Assembly: GCA_950097015.1 (NCBI GenBank)
Contig: CATNEN010000024.1
Span: forward strand, 4,092,001-4,156,000
Direction: 5' to 3'
Length of the DNA: 64,000 bases
Origin: Macrostomum hystrix
Taxonomy: Eukaryota > Animalia > Platyhelminthes
Position 1 is the first letter of the stretch. Every line of letters starts with the position of its first letter. Positions 1 through 11,896 of this stretch are shown here, piece by piece. A model generated the notes under the pieces. It saw nothing but the letters and a program-made list of their open reading frames with translations, made no database searches and was not told the DNA's origin. The position numbers and the translations under genes were made by a program.

Positions 1-276
1 AACTAATAAAAAACACTAAAAAGACTCAAAAGCACAGGGGTAATCACTAACTAATATTTGTACAGTAGTTGTTTCTGCAAAGAGAAACCAAAGAGGAAAG
101 TGCTAGAAAGATTAAATTAAAGAAAAAAGTTAAGACTAACACACCTAAATCGCTAGCTTTGTACCAATTGAGTATGCAACAACGGGCGTAGCCTCCTAAA
201 GGCAATGGGGCATCGACCCCCCTAATCGGATGATTAAAGGACCCGACTCCTAATCTACATGTAAGGTGGCGCGCCT

Positions 277-1492
277 CTCCCCCCAAATCCAAGTTTGCAC
301 TCCTCTCCCAAATCCAAGTAGGCACTCCTCCCCAAATCCAAGTAGGCACTCCTCTCCCAAATCCAAGTTTGCACTCCTCTCCCAAATCCAAGTAGGCACT
401 CCTCCCCAAATCCAAGTAGGCACTCCTCTCCCAAATCCAAGTTTGCACTCCTCTCCCAAATCCAAGTAGGCACTCCTCTCCCAAATCCAAGTAGGCACTC
501 CTCTCCCAAATCCAAGTAGGCACTCCTCTCCCAAATCCAAGTAGGCACTCCTCTCCCAAATCCAAGTAGGCACTCCTCCCCAAATCCAAGTAGGCACTCC
601 TCTCCCAAATCCAAGTAGGCACTCCTCTCCCAAATCCAAGTAGGCACTCCTCTCCCAAATCCAAGTAGGCACTCCTCTCCCAAATCCAAGTTTGCACTCC
701 TCTCCCAAATCCAAGTAGGCACTCCTCTCCCAAATCCAAGTTTGCACTCCTCTCCCAAATCCAAGTAGGCACTCCTCCCCAAATCCAAGTAGGCACTCCT
801 CTCCCAAATCCAAGTTTGCACTCCTCTCCCAAATCCAAGTAGGCACTCCTCTCCCAAATCCAAGTAGGCACTCCTCTCCCAAATCCAAGTAGGCACTCCT
901 CCCCAAATCCAAGTAGGCACTCCTCTCCCAAATCCAAGTTTGCACTCCTCTCCCAAATCCAAGTAGGCACTCCTCCCCAAATCCAAGTAGGCACTCCTCT
1001 CCCAAATCCAAGTTTGCACTCCTCTCCCAAATCCAAGTAGGCACTCCTCTCCCAAATCCAAGTAGGCACTCCTCTCCCAAATCCAAGTAGGCACTCCTCT
1101 CCCAAATCCAAGTAGGCACTCCTCTCCCAAATCCAAGTAGGCACTCCTCCCCAAATCCAAGTAGGCACTCCTCTCCCAAATCCAAGTAGGCACTCCTCTC
1201 CCAAATCCAAGTAGGCACTCCTCTCCCAAATCCAAGTAGGCACTCCTCTCCCAAATCCAAGTTTGCACTCCTCTCCCAAATCCAAGTAGGCACTCCTCTC
1301 CCAAATCCAAGTTTGCACTCCTCTCCCAAATCCAAGTAGGCACTCCTCCCCAAATCCAAGTAGGCACTCCTCTCCCAAATCCAAGTTTGCACTCCTCTCC
1401 CAAATCCAAGTAGGCACTCCTCTCCCAAATCCAAGTAGGCAACCCTCCCCCAAATCCAAGTAGGCACTCCTCTCCCAAATCCAATTAGGCAC
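277..1492. repeat. Minisatellite, 25/24-bp unit CACTCCTCTCCCAAATCCAAGTAGG, ~49 copies
   Basis: Periodicity read directly; variants TAGG/TTTG and a 1-bp-shorter unit. Lies downstream of the CTH stop codon and generates the three long minus-strand ORFs in the track. Confidence 0.97.
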
Positions 1493-1655
1493 CCCTTCAT
1501 CCAACAGAAAATCCAGGCTATGCCCCTGTGCGCAACTTTTTTGGCACTGAGAGAAACTCAGATAGTTCTGAAAGAAGCAAGTTTTCAAAGTTCTACTTGC
1601 TGTTCATTACATATGAAATAAATTGTGTTTCAAACTTTAAACACTGCCTTGCCAT

Positions 1656-4600
1656 TCAGCGGCTGTTATTTGGCGCCGACTTGCTTCGCTTAGCATCCGG
1701 GGTGCCGTCAGCGGCGGCGGCAGCTGCCAGGGCCTGATCTAAATCAGCCAGCAGCTCTTCTACATCTTCCAGACCGACAGACAGTCTAACGAACGAATCG
1801 GTGATGCCCAGCTCGGCTCGCTGCTCCGGCGGTACAGAGGCGTGCGTCATTATTGACGGCACTTCAGCAAGAGACTCGAAGCCGCCGAGCGATTCGGCCA
1901 GCGTGAAAACCCGCAACGCGGAGACAAACACGGAGGCGTCGACGCGCAGATAGGCGGACACCATGCCGGAGTAGCCGCGCTGCTGACGCTTGGCCAGCTG
2001 ATGCTGCGGATGCGACTCCAGGCCAGGGTGGAGCACCCGGTCAACGTGCGGACTGGCTGCCAGATGGCGCGCCACTGCCAACCCGCTAGCCATGTGCTGA
2101 CGCATGCGCAGCGGCAGAGTGCGCAGGCCGCGATGGGCCAGCCAGCAGTCGAATGGCGACGGGGTGGCGCCGGCCGACTTTTGATTGTAGGTGAGCCACT
2201 CGTGCAGCTTGGCGCAGTTGGTCATGCAGCAGCCCATCACTACGTCGCTGTGGCCTGTTTATTAGATTGGAATGTTTGCTTAGTTTGCTTGGAGAGGTTC
2301 TAGCCTTGTGGTTAGGGCGTCGGACGCACGACTTGAAGGTCGGGGGTTCGATTCCCGACTCCCCTGAAACAATTTGTGTCCTTTAGCAAGACACTTAACT
2401 CTGCATTGTTTCAGCTCAACCAGTTGTAAAATATGTGCCAGCATTAGCTTGGGATAATTAAAGGTGGCTGTGGCGTCTTCCCAGTCCATGGACTGAACAG
2501 CCATACGCAGCCTTCAGATGCGCCGCGCAATCGCTGCGGCTGTGCTCTCGGCTGCACATCTGGCCCAATTGGGGCAGGTGTAATCAATTATTATTATTAG
2601 TTTGCTTAGAACCTATTTGTCGAATAGGGCCATGATCCTTTCATTATCTCATTGCTGAATGGCGGCACAGTTGCACTCACCGTTGATATACTTGGTCATA
2701 GAGTGTAAGACAGCATCGGCACCTAGCTCCAATGGTCGCTAAAATAAAATAAAAGATTTTTATCAATGCTTAGAAAACTAACAACGGTTTTAAAAAAAAA
2801 CTGTTTGCAGCCAAATGCTCACCTGAAAGACGGGCGATAAAAATGTATTATCGCAAACCACAAGAATGTCTTTATTAGCTTTCTTAGTTGCATCGGCAAC
2901 CGCTCGCACATCGATCAGCTTCATCAATGGATTAGTGGGCGTTTCAATCCAAACCATGCGCACAGCGGGATCATCCTGCAGGCACTTAACTAGGCCGGGC
3001 AGATCGGCGGCCAAGTTTACAAAGTGAGTCTTGATGCCCGCATTGCTGGAGATGGTGCGGAAATACCGATTGGTACCTGCAGAGAATTGTGCGAGGAAAA
3101 AACTGGCTTTCTAACTCAGCTGATGCCGGTAGCTACTCAATAGCTTATATTATATATTTGTCATATACTTCACATTTTTAGGTATATTACAAATACCTAC
3201 TGCCTACTTCACGATAGCTCCCATACCAAAGGACCAATTTTTTGTAAAAGTTAGCAATCATCAACAACAATAGCCGACATGTTTAAATGATGAAATTGTG
3301 TGAGCAAATAATCCCGCCTATATTGGTGGTTTTTGGCCACCAGACACCACAAATATAGTTGTTGGATATCTTGATGATGCCCATGTTATCTGGGTTAAGA
3401 AGTTATTTCATTGGATTTAAAGGAAATATATACAACAGCACTACACCTCAGCACTACACCTCAGTACAGCTTTGATGTACTGAAATTTCATTAGTTGGCT
3501 AGTTTAACACATGAGTTTACATCATCTCAGCCTTTAATACATTATAGAGAGATAGATACAAGGTTGCAATTTGAACTTTTAGGGAACCACTCTAAGGTAA
3601 AAAGTGGGCAAAAAGCATTTACTAATAATATCACATGTTTAATATCATATAAAAGGGCACATATAAAAACAGGTGTCTTTACATTTATATCTAAAGAATT
3701 TCAACAGTGAGTGCAATAATTCTTACTTACCACCATAGACATCATCATTGCAAATGACACTGTCACCAGACTTGAGTTGTTGCACTAAAGCAGATTGAAC
3801 AGCCAAGCCACTACTAAATGCAGCAGCAAACTTGGCACTTTCCAATGCAGCTAGGGCTTTCTCAAGGAAATCACGCGATGGGTTGCCAGCTCTAGAGTAG
3901 TCAAATCCCTGTAAAAGAATGAAAATGTGACTATTTGATTCATATACTAATTAATTTGTCTTATTCATCTATCCACAGGGCTTTGTAGAAGTTTATGACT
4001 GTTGTCTGTTTGACTTGGACTTAGTTGAATTAACTTGTCTCAAACTCTGAACTAACTAGCTACTAACTACCCCCTCAGCTTTGGTTCATGATAATTAACT
4101 TGCACATTTGAATGATTGTAAACTGGAGGCAATGTGCATTCAGATAGTGCTTAGATTACATTACTTCCACTACTCATAATATACCCCCTATCTTTGGTTC
4201 ACAATCATATATTTTTTTCTGTCATTTAATTGATCATAAAATGAAATGGGTGTATAGGATCCTTTTGGTAGAACATTTCAGGAACATTGATTAATACAAA
4301 CCCCCCTTAACTTTGGTTCACTATCATTTACATGTAATTCTGTCATTTAAGTGTTTAACACAATTTTTATCTCTTTATATTGAGTTTGCAGTTGATCATT
4401 TGATGACAAACAAAAAAAATTAAGTGGGGTGATTTTTTACTGCTGGTTTTGAAATATTTTATTTAATTAAAAACACACTTTTTCAATTTGTGTCTTTCCT
4501 ATGAGGATAGGCTAGTCACTATAATTTCAGGGATTGTAAACCAAAAGAATACCAAGCTTTAGAACTTACAACTACCATAAAATACTTGGGGTAACTACTT

Positions 4601-4773
4601 ACAAAATGTTCGCCAGGTGCCTTTTGATAGAATGTTGTAGAGAGTGAGATTGGAGGAATAGCAGGACAGCTCAAAGACTCATGATCCTTAGGATTGTATC
4701 CAGCGTGAGTGGCAATAGTATCAATGCCTTTAAAAGGTTCGAATCCATTTTCTTTCTGAATGTTGGAACTCAT
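1656..4773 (-). CDS. CTH: Cystathionine gamma-lyase (Cys/Met metabolism PLP enzyme), 5 exons, 419 aa
   Basis: Exons 4773-4603, 3908-3731, 3076-2823, 2738-2681, 2254-1656; all GT-AG, total 1260 nt, in frame. Motifs YSRAGNPSR, VWIETPTNP, DNTFLSP, PLP-lysine HSMTKYINGHSDV, LRGLRTLPLRM and FTLAESLGGFESL..P..MTH. Confidence 0.95.
2291..2596 (+). mobile_element. Full-length tRNA-derived SINE (family B, CORE-like central domain), 306 bp, in CTH intron 4
   Basis: A box TAGCCTTGTGG, B box GGTTCGATTCC, (ATT)n tail, and an 11-bp TSD TTAGTTTGCTT at 2280-2290 and 2597-2607. Confidence 0.9.
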
Positions 4774-5607
4774 GGTACTAGAGATTATAGTTATTTTTCT
4801 AAGTTTTTTTTAACAGGGAAACTTTTCAGTAGAAAGCCTAACAGACTTCGCTGACGTATGGAGACAGAATGCAGTTTTGAAGAATTTAGTTCTATGCCTA
4901 TCCTATCTTACAATGCACGTGATGAGATGGCTCAAGGCTTGAACATTGACATTACTTTAAGTAAGACGTCAGGGTGCAAGTTTTTAGTAATTTAAAGAAA
5001 GCTAAATGTTTCTGGGAACAATGAACATGAAAATATTAGCTTTACATTTATTAGGGATGATCCTAAATTTTTTGATGTTTTAGTGCACTTTCTTAAAACA
5101 GGTTGATCTAAGGAATATTATATTGCTAAATTTACTTAACAATCAGTTTACTAATAAAACAAAAAACTAAAAGGCGCTAAATTGAATGAATAGTTTCTAA
5201 GAAAGCTCAGTACATTTAATTAAGTGTTTTACTAACTTGTGAACCTTTTTTCCTACCACGTACTATAGATAATTGAAAAGTGGGGAAATAAGAACTTCTA
5301 TTACAAGAGTATTAGGCTATATCTGTATTGGCCTTGCTATGATTTAGCCATAATATATTATTCTAATTAACAACTGAGTCTATTCATTATCCACTTGCTT
5401 AGCTGATCTATGCTCTAAAAGCCTGGCACTAGAGTGTCACATTGACAGCATTGTAAATCACTTTAATGATTAATAGCTTGACATATCTATGTCTATGACG
5501 AAGCTAGCTATTTGTATTATATGCACGTGTATATTGGCTAATTAAAAATACCCTTTCGGTGCTTGTGTTTAAGCCCCACAAACTTCTATAGTATAAAGTA
5601 ATAGCAA
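4774..5607. promoter_or_regulatory. Putative bidirectional promoter between CTH and ATXN3
   Basis: Divergent start codons lie ~0.83 kb apart. CACGTG E-boxes near 4916 and 5523 and a TGACGT near 4853. Function inferred from gene arrangement only. Confidence 0.55.
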
Positions 5608-8600
5608 ATGGAAAGCATTTTTCATGAGCAGGTAATATTTCTTGTTATTTTTTTCTTGTTTACGTTTAAAATCATGACTTCACTGGCTGGAGCCTTGGTT
5701 AGGTATATATTTTTGTTGATTTTTTTGATAGATATTTGGTACATATATTGAACCAATAAAAACTATAATCTAAGAACATAATGCACAAATATAGTTAGCT
5801 ATGCAACATTGGCTGTAGTTAGATGGTTAGTCCTAAATAGTTGGCCTATTTTATTTTCATAAAATTCTCTAGCTTTCATTAAAAATTTCAGTTATTGTTT
5901 TTTTCTAAATTTATTAGTTTTGTTTATTTTTTCCAAAGTGGCAATATGCCTACTTTTATATTGTAACAGGTCAATATTCAAAAGAGACCCCTTGCAGAGG
6001 AAGTCCCTCGACTTTTTATTTAGTAGTGAGTGTCACTTACAAATTACATATAGACATACTGAAGTCTACAGCAATCTTTTAGTTTTGTAGATTAAAAAAA
6101 ATTATATAAGAAAATGACATTTTAAACATTTAAACTAGTAAAAACCAAGTAAAGATAACCAACTGACAAGCCACTCAGTTATCACAATGGTATGCTCAGA
6201 TGGCTCAGATAGTAATCTGCCACCTAGAATGATCTAAACCTCCATGTCCCTTTTTTATCTCCTTTTATGTCTTTAGCATAGACATAGCCTTGCATTCATT
6301 GCCATGTTGTTTGAAGCCTATTGCAAGTGCAAGTACTTTGCCACAGACATAGTTCTATACACTGCCAGTAATTTAAAAAATTGCTGCTTAATTTTTCACT
6401 TGTTAAAATGTTGATAAAGTCATTATCTTTTGTAAAATTATGATTTACATATATGTGCAACACTAGAAGATTGCCAAGTCTGAAAAAATATCTGAAACAA
6501 AAATACCTCTTTTTAATGTAAAAATTTGTTCTTTTTTTCATCAACCCTTGTAGAATTCACTATGGTAAAATGTGTCATGAGGACAAGTGAGAGTAAAAAA
6601 CAAGTTTTGATTGGCTGTCACTTGTGACTACTTGTTAGCTTATATGCATTTTTTGTAAGAAATAAGATTTTGATATTCCTACTTTAGTTTTTCTCTATAT
6701 TCGAGCTGTCAATATAGGGTCAATTATATAGACACTTACAAATTGATATATTAAAGATTTTCCCTAGTTAATCAATGAAGATTTTATATCGAAAATGTTT
6801 TTAAATTTCATGGTATTTTTAGATGCATTCAAATCAGACTGACCTATGTTAAATAGAGTATGTTCTTAAATATTTTTTTATTTATTACTAATTTGAGAAT
6901 ACTTTATTTTTTCTAGCATTGGGAAATCAGCTAGCCTAGAGGCTTTACTTTGGTAACTGAAGTGTAGTCAGTTTGCTAGCAATAGAAGGAAATAAGCTTG
7001 CTAGTCTACTTGACAATTAGTCAATAAAAGAAGTTCCAACCATTCTTGGCTACAAGATAATGCTCAAATATGCATCTTTATGTTTCCTCATACTTTGCTA
7101 ATTTTAGGTGATAAAAATAGTGGTCATAAAATAAAATAATAATGACAGTCTTGAATAATGTATGAGAAAGTATTGTATAAATTAATGCATAGCATAGTAA
7201 CAATCTTTTTTGTTTCTTTATGTATAATAGACATACTTTTGTTCTTATTTATATCTCTCTGATAGTAGATTCTAGACACGGCTACAATAAATTATGTATA
7301 GTCACTGCACCATTATAACCTATTTAAGTACTGTGTAGCTCTTTTGCTGGTTAAATACAGTTTTTTGTATGATCATAATTTACATTGCCAAAAGCATATC
7401 TTTCTGCACCCTCATTCATCTTTGTGTACTTTGTGTACATATTCCCTCTCTAAGCATAGTGAAAGTGGCCAACAGCAACAACAGCTTGTGATATCTGTTA
7501 GATAGATAGCAACTGGCCTTGTACCTTTTAAGGTATTATTACTTGCACTGGACATAGTCCGCAATGGATATAGTATTCTAAGCCTAGTTACTATACATTT
7601 CTTCAAATTTTAACCAATCAAAAAACAGCAAGACGGCTCCCTGTGCGCTCAGCACTGCCTCAACGCCTTGCTGCAGGGTCCAATTTTTACAGCCGTCGAC
7701 TTAGGCGACATCGCCAACCAGATGGACGCTGTTGAGCGCGAGCACATGTCTGCCGCCGGTGTTGAAACCGCCGACTACCTGAAATTTGTTCAGCAGGGCT
7801 CTTCTAATATGGACGATAGCGGATTCTTCTCTGTTCAGGTCAGGGCTAGCTAGGTCGAATAGGTTTCATCGTCTAGAATTATTTTTAACAGTTGACGCAC
7901 AGTTGAATTGATGCCCTAATATAACAGGTGCTATCGCGGGCTCTCGAAGTCTGGGATCTTGAGCTGGTGCCGTTGAATCACCCGACTGCCCAGGCGGCCA
8001 GGGAGAATCCCACAATTGGCGCAGCCTATATATGCAATTTTCGCGAGCACTGGTTCACTATAAGGCGATTAGGCCATCAGTGGTTTAATCTGAATAGCCT
8101 GCTTAGCGGTCCGGAGCTCATCTCTGAATCTTACCTGGCCCTACTATTGGCCCAGCTGCGTCAGGAGGGCTATACTATTTTTATAGTTAACGGCAGTCTG
8201 CCGCCATGCGAAGCAGATCGAGTGCTGTCACAGACTCCGGCTGTGCAACGGGAGCGACCGAAACTGCTGCGGGCTCCAGGTGAGCTGGCAGCCTCGGAGT
8301 CGCTAATCTCCCTCCTAGGAGTTATTGTAGGATTAGAAGACTAGAATGATTTGACAGCTAACGAGAAGACTGGATTGATTTGACAGCTAACTAGAAGACT
8401 GGATTGATTTGACAGCTAACTAGAAGACTAGATTGATTTGACAGCTAACTAGAAGACTTGATTGATTTGACAGCTAACTAGAAGACTGGATTGATTTGGC
8501 AGCTAACTAGAAGACTGGATTGATTTGACAGCTAACTAGAAGACTGGATTGATTTGGCAGCTAACTAGAAGACTGGATTGATTTGACAGCTAACTAGAAG

Positions 8601-9146
8601 AGCAGTGCAGTGGGACTTATAGATTTAATATTATGTGCTAGTACAGGTCTCACACCTTGGATGTCTAGCAGGAAAAATTGTTTACTCCCCCTAGGCCGCC
8701 ATCGATCTAGACAGAGTGGTGGCTCGTCCTCCACATCCGGGCCGTCGCAGCCACCAGCTGATGAAGCCGAAGATGCTGAGCTGCGTCGCGCCATAGAGAT
8801 TAGCCGTCAGCTGCACGAAAGCGACGATGTCTCGCTGCAGCGCGCCCTGGCTGAGACTCGTCCAACCGGTTCCCACGCAGCTGTCGTCAGCGATCTGGAG
8901 CTTCAACGAGCTCTGGAGCTGAGCACGCAGGCGGCGGATGAGGAGGCGCATTTGCGGCAGGCCCTGGCGCTCAGCCTCCTATCCGAGGAGGAAGCGTTCG
9001 GGCAAGCCGGAGTCTCCGAGGCTGATCCTGGCCAGCTGGTGGCGGCGCCGGCGCCCGGCGCCACAGCCGAGGAGTTGCGTCAACGGCGGGCCAAGTTTCT
9101 GGATAGATTTGAGCCGCAGGGCGGAGGCGCTAGCGGAAGCGGTTAG
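5608..9146 (+). CDS. ATXN3: Ataxin-3 (Josephin deubiquitinase with UIMs and VCP-binding motif), 4 exons, 345 aa
   Basis: Exons 5608-5631, 7629-7838, 7928-8279, 8695-9146 (1038 nt, in frame). N-terminus MESIFHEQQDGSLCAQHCLN; catalytic C (SLCAQH), H (EHWFT), N (WFNLNS); UIM-like helices; C-terminal AEELRQRRAKF. Confidence 0.95.
8334..8601. repeat. Minisatellite, 29-bp unit TAGAAGACTGGATTGATTTGACAGCTAAC, ~9 copies, in ATXN3 intron 3
   Basis: Periodicity read directly. Confidence 0.95.
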
Positions 9147-9460
9147 GCTGAGGCCCAGATTCTCTTCGCTGTGTTGGCGTGTGATTCTGTATTAATATGC
9201 ACGCTCTTGTCCATTGTTTTCTGTTCAATCTAAGATTGAATTAGTACAAACTGAATTCCGAATTATTTTTTTCGATTCTCATGTCAATTAGGGTTCTGCG
9301 ACTGGTGAGATCGCCACTTTTATACACATGTACGTAAGATACTTTTTTATTTTTTATTCGATTTCTTAAGCGTATAAATTTTGATATATAAATTTAGTAT
9401 AGATATAATCGAAATCATTCAAATCTGCAAATTTTCAATTCAGCAAAGGTAATAGGACAT

Positions 9461-9778
9461 TAAAGGGCTAGTTCGGAAAACATCAAAGGGCTAGTTCGGA
9501 AAACATCAAATGGTTAGTTCGGAAAACATCAAAGGGCTAGTTCGGAAAAAATCAAAGGGATAGTTCGGAAAACATCAAAGGGCTAGTTCGGAAAACATCA
9601 AAGGGCTAGTTCGGAAAACATCAAATGGCTGGTTCGGAAAAAATCAAAGGGCTAGTTCGGAAAACATTAAAGGGCTAGTTCGGAAAACAAATGGCTAGGT
9701 CGGAAAACATCAATGGGATAGTTTGGAAAACATCAAAGGGCTAGTTTGAAATATTTCAAATGGCTGGTTTGGAAAACA
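9461..9778. repeat. Minisatellite, 23-bp unit AAAGGGCTAGTTCGGAAAACATC, ~13 copies
   Basis: Periodicity read directly; copies degenerate at the 3' end. Confidence 0.93.
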
Positions 9779-10063
9779 GTGATTTTTTTCCCTGCCCAAA
9801 CTTTTGTAACTTTCATTTCGCACAATTTCACACACTATACCCATTGAGTTTTATTAATTCAGAATTTCCTGCCTCATAGCTTATATCCCCCAAGCCTCTA
9901 AACTATATACTCAGTGCCTATTGTTTGTAATCCACTTATAATGTTAACATTTTTATACCGTATCAAAATAAAGTGAAAAATGTATTCTATATTATTAGCT
10001 GCAATAGTGTTAACATCATTTCCTTTGTTCGGTGAATTATCTGTTAATCCAGGTCATATTGTC

Positions 10064-10648
10064 CCAAAGTGATTCAGTGGGTCAGCTGTTATCCTAAAGT
10101 GATTCAGCGGGTCAGCTGTTATCCTAAAGTGATTCAGTGGGTCAGCTGTTATCCCAAAGTGATTCAGTGGGTCAGCTGTTATCCTAAAGTGATTCAGCGG
10201 GTCAGCTGTTATCCCAAAGTGATTCAGTGGGTCAGCTGTTATCCCAAAGTGATTCAGTGGGTCAGCTGTTATCCCAAAGTGATTCAGCGGGTCAGCTGTT
10301 ATCCCAAAGTGATTCAGTGGGTCAGCTGTTATCCCAAAGTGATTCAGCGGGTCAGCTGTTATCCCAAAGTGATTCAGCGGGTCAGCTGTTATCCCAAAGT
10401 GATTCAGCGGGTCAGCTGTTATCCCAAAGTGATTCAGCGGGTCAGCTGTTATCCCAAAGTGATTCAGTGGGTCAGCTGTTATCCCAAAGTGATTCAGTGG
10501 GTCAGCTGTTATCCCAAAGTGATTCAGTGGGTCAGCTGTTATCCCAAAGTGATTCAGCGGGTCAGCTGTTATCCCAAAGTGATTCAGCGGGTCAGCTGTT
10601 ATCCCAAAGTGATTCAGCGGGTCAGCTGTTATCCCAAAGTGATTCAGT
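10064..10648. repeat. Minisatellite, 30-bp unit CAAAGTGATTCAGYGGGTCAGCTGTTATCC, ~19 copies
   Basis: Periodicity read directly; ends ~30 nt upstream of the acceptor that precedes MRPS14. Confidence 0.97.
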
Positions 10649-10684
10649 GAGCTCGAAATTGTCTGCCTGCCTATTCCAGATCCA

Positions 10685-11320
10685 ATGCTAACCCTGTTCA
10701 GGCGGGCATTTGCCACGAGCGCATTCCGAGTCCCGGCTCCGCCGCCGGCCGCCATGCTCCCCTCCCAGCCGGAGATGGCGCCCAAGACGCCGCCGCATCA
10801 CAGCAGTCCGGAGGTGGAGGACCTGCTGGCTGGCGAGCTGTGCGGCTACCCGCCTTACAGGCAGCGCAGGATTCGAACCGGCTTCCCTAGCTGGGCTACG
10901 GTTCGCGACGAGAAGCGCAGACGCGTCACTGAACACTTTGACGCTCTGAGGGCTCGCTTAGTGGCCATTGTGCGCACCCGGATACTGCCATTCGAAGTTT
11001 CCAAGCAGGCTGCAGAGCAGTTGCACCAGCTGCCGCGCGACTCCTGCTATACTCGCATCCTTCGCCGCTGCATCATGACCGGGCGCAGGCGTGGCGTACA
11101 GAACGAATGGCGCATTAGTCGCATTATGTTTAGAAAATTTGCCGACAACAATCAGCTAGGCGGCGTGCTGCCAGCCAAATGGTCAACGCAGTGCTTCAGC
11201 GCTCGCAAACACCTGCACTGGCCGCCGCCTGAGGGCCTGTCTGTGCAGCAGTACATGGATAGGTACTATCGCTATGTGCGAGATCGGGATTCGTCCTATC
11301 CCAGATATGTGAAGCCTTGA
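10685..11320 (+). CDS. MRPS14: Mitochondrial ribosomal protein S14 (uS14m), intronless, 211 aa
   Basis: Arg/Ala-rich targeting-peptide-like N-terminus; S14 core RDEKRRR...LPRDS...RRCIMTGRRRGV..WRISRIMFRKFAD..QLGGV..AKW. Acceptor-like CTATTCCAG ends at 10679. Confidence 0.9.
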   Translation: MLTLFRRAFATSAFRVPAPPPAAMLPSQPEMAPKTPPHHSSPEVEDLLAGELCGYPPYRQRRIRTGFPSWATVRDEKRRRVTEHFDALRARLVAIVRTRILPFEVSKQAAEQLHQLPRDSCYTRILRRCIMTGRRRGVQNEWRISRIMFRKFADNNQLGGVLPAKWSTQCFSARKHLHWPPPEGLSVQQYMDRYYRYVRDRDSSYPRYVKP

Positions 11321-11558
11321 TTGAAATTGGTTATTCATTAACTAGAGCCAGTAAATAGACTGGAATTTGTTGGTCAGACCCAAATTTGTTAGTTTTTTTT
11401 CCAGTAATACAGTTTTCACGATTGCCATGCGACGTTTCGTAAATATGTGAAAAATAAAACTAGTAATAATAAATGTCTCATTTAAACTGCTGCTTTAATT
11501 ATTTGCTTCTTTTTGTATAGTTTCTAACTAGCAAAATGTATTATCTAGAATGGAGAAT

Positions 11559-11833
11559 CGCACCAAGGTCCCTGAGCTCGATTCCGCGGCAATGGCTACA
11601 TTTATTAGGGGCACAGCCACGGAGAGAAGGCTTGGGGGCTTGTCGCGCAATTTACAACCTAAGGGGTCAACAAGGCATGTGAGCGTGTGCCTGCGTACAG
11701 TATCTGTGTGCGTGTGTGCTCAGGAGTCAGCGAAATGGGCAGAATTGCCTCCTCACTGGCTGCGGGTCTAGTGTCACCAAATGAGGTGCCATTGCCCGCA
11801 CCCCTCCTGCAATTATTAATTATTATTATTATT
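11559..11833 (+). mobile_element. SINE family A copy, 5'-truncated with internal deletion
   Basis: Aligns by eye to the full-length copy at 27494-27857 (CACCAAGGTCCCTGAGCTCGATTCCGCGGC...CAGGAGTCAGCGAAATGGGCAGAATTGCC); (ATT)n tail. Confidence 0.88.
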
Positions 11834-11896
11834 CGAGAATATAGGAATATAGATCCCACTGGTCCAGCTAGCGCCACATCTAAAGGTTGTGTTGCG

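Noticed and set aside
160-275. GC-richer unique patch at the window start, possibly an exon
   Set aside because: No recognisable motif and no consistent acceptor/donor pair; left unassigned.
47-1588. Long minus-strand ORFs of 409-513 aa
   Set aside because: Translations of the 25-bp minisatellite, open in all three frames, with no domain or splice support.
2291-2365. tRNA gene
   Set aside because: It has A/B boxes but continues into a SINE body, tail and TSD, so it is a SINE head. The same applies to 27790-27857 and 42241-42310.
1850-2504. Short alternative-frame and antisense ORFs over GC-rich exons (for example 2001-2303, and likewise 8691, 23321, 24813, 41299, 42864, 55096)
   Set aside because: Shadow ORFs expected from GC-rich codon usage of the real genes.
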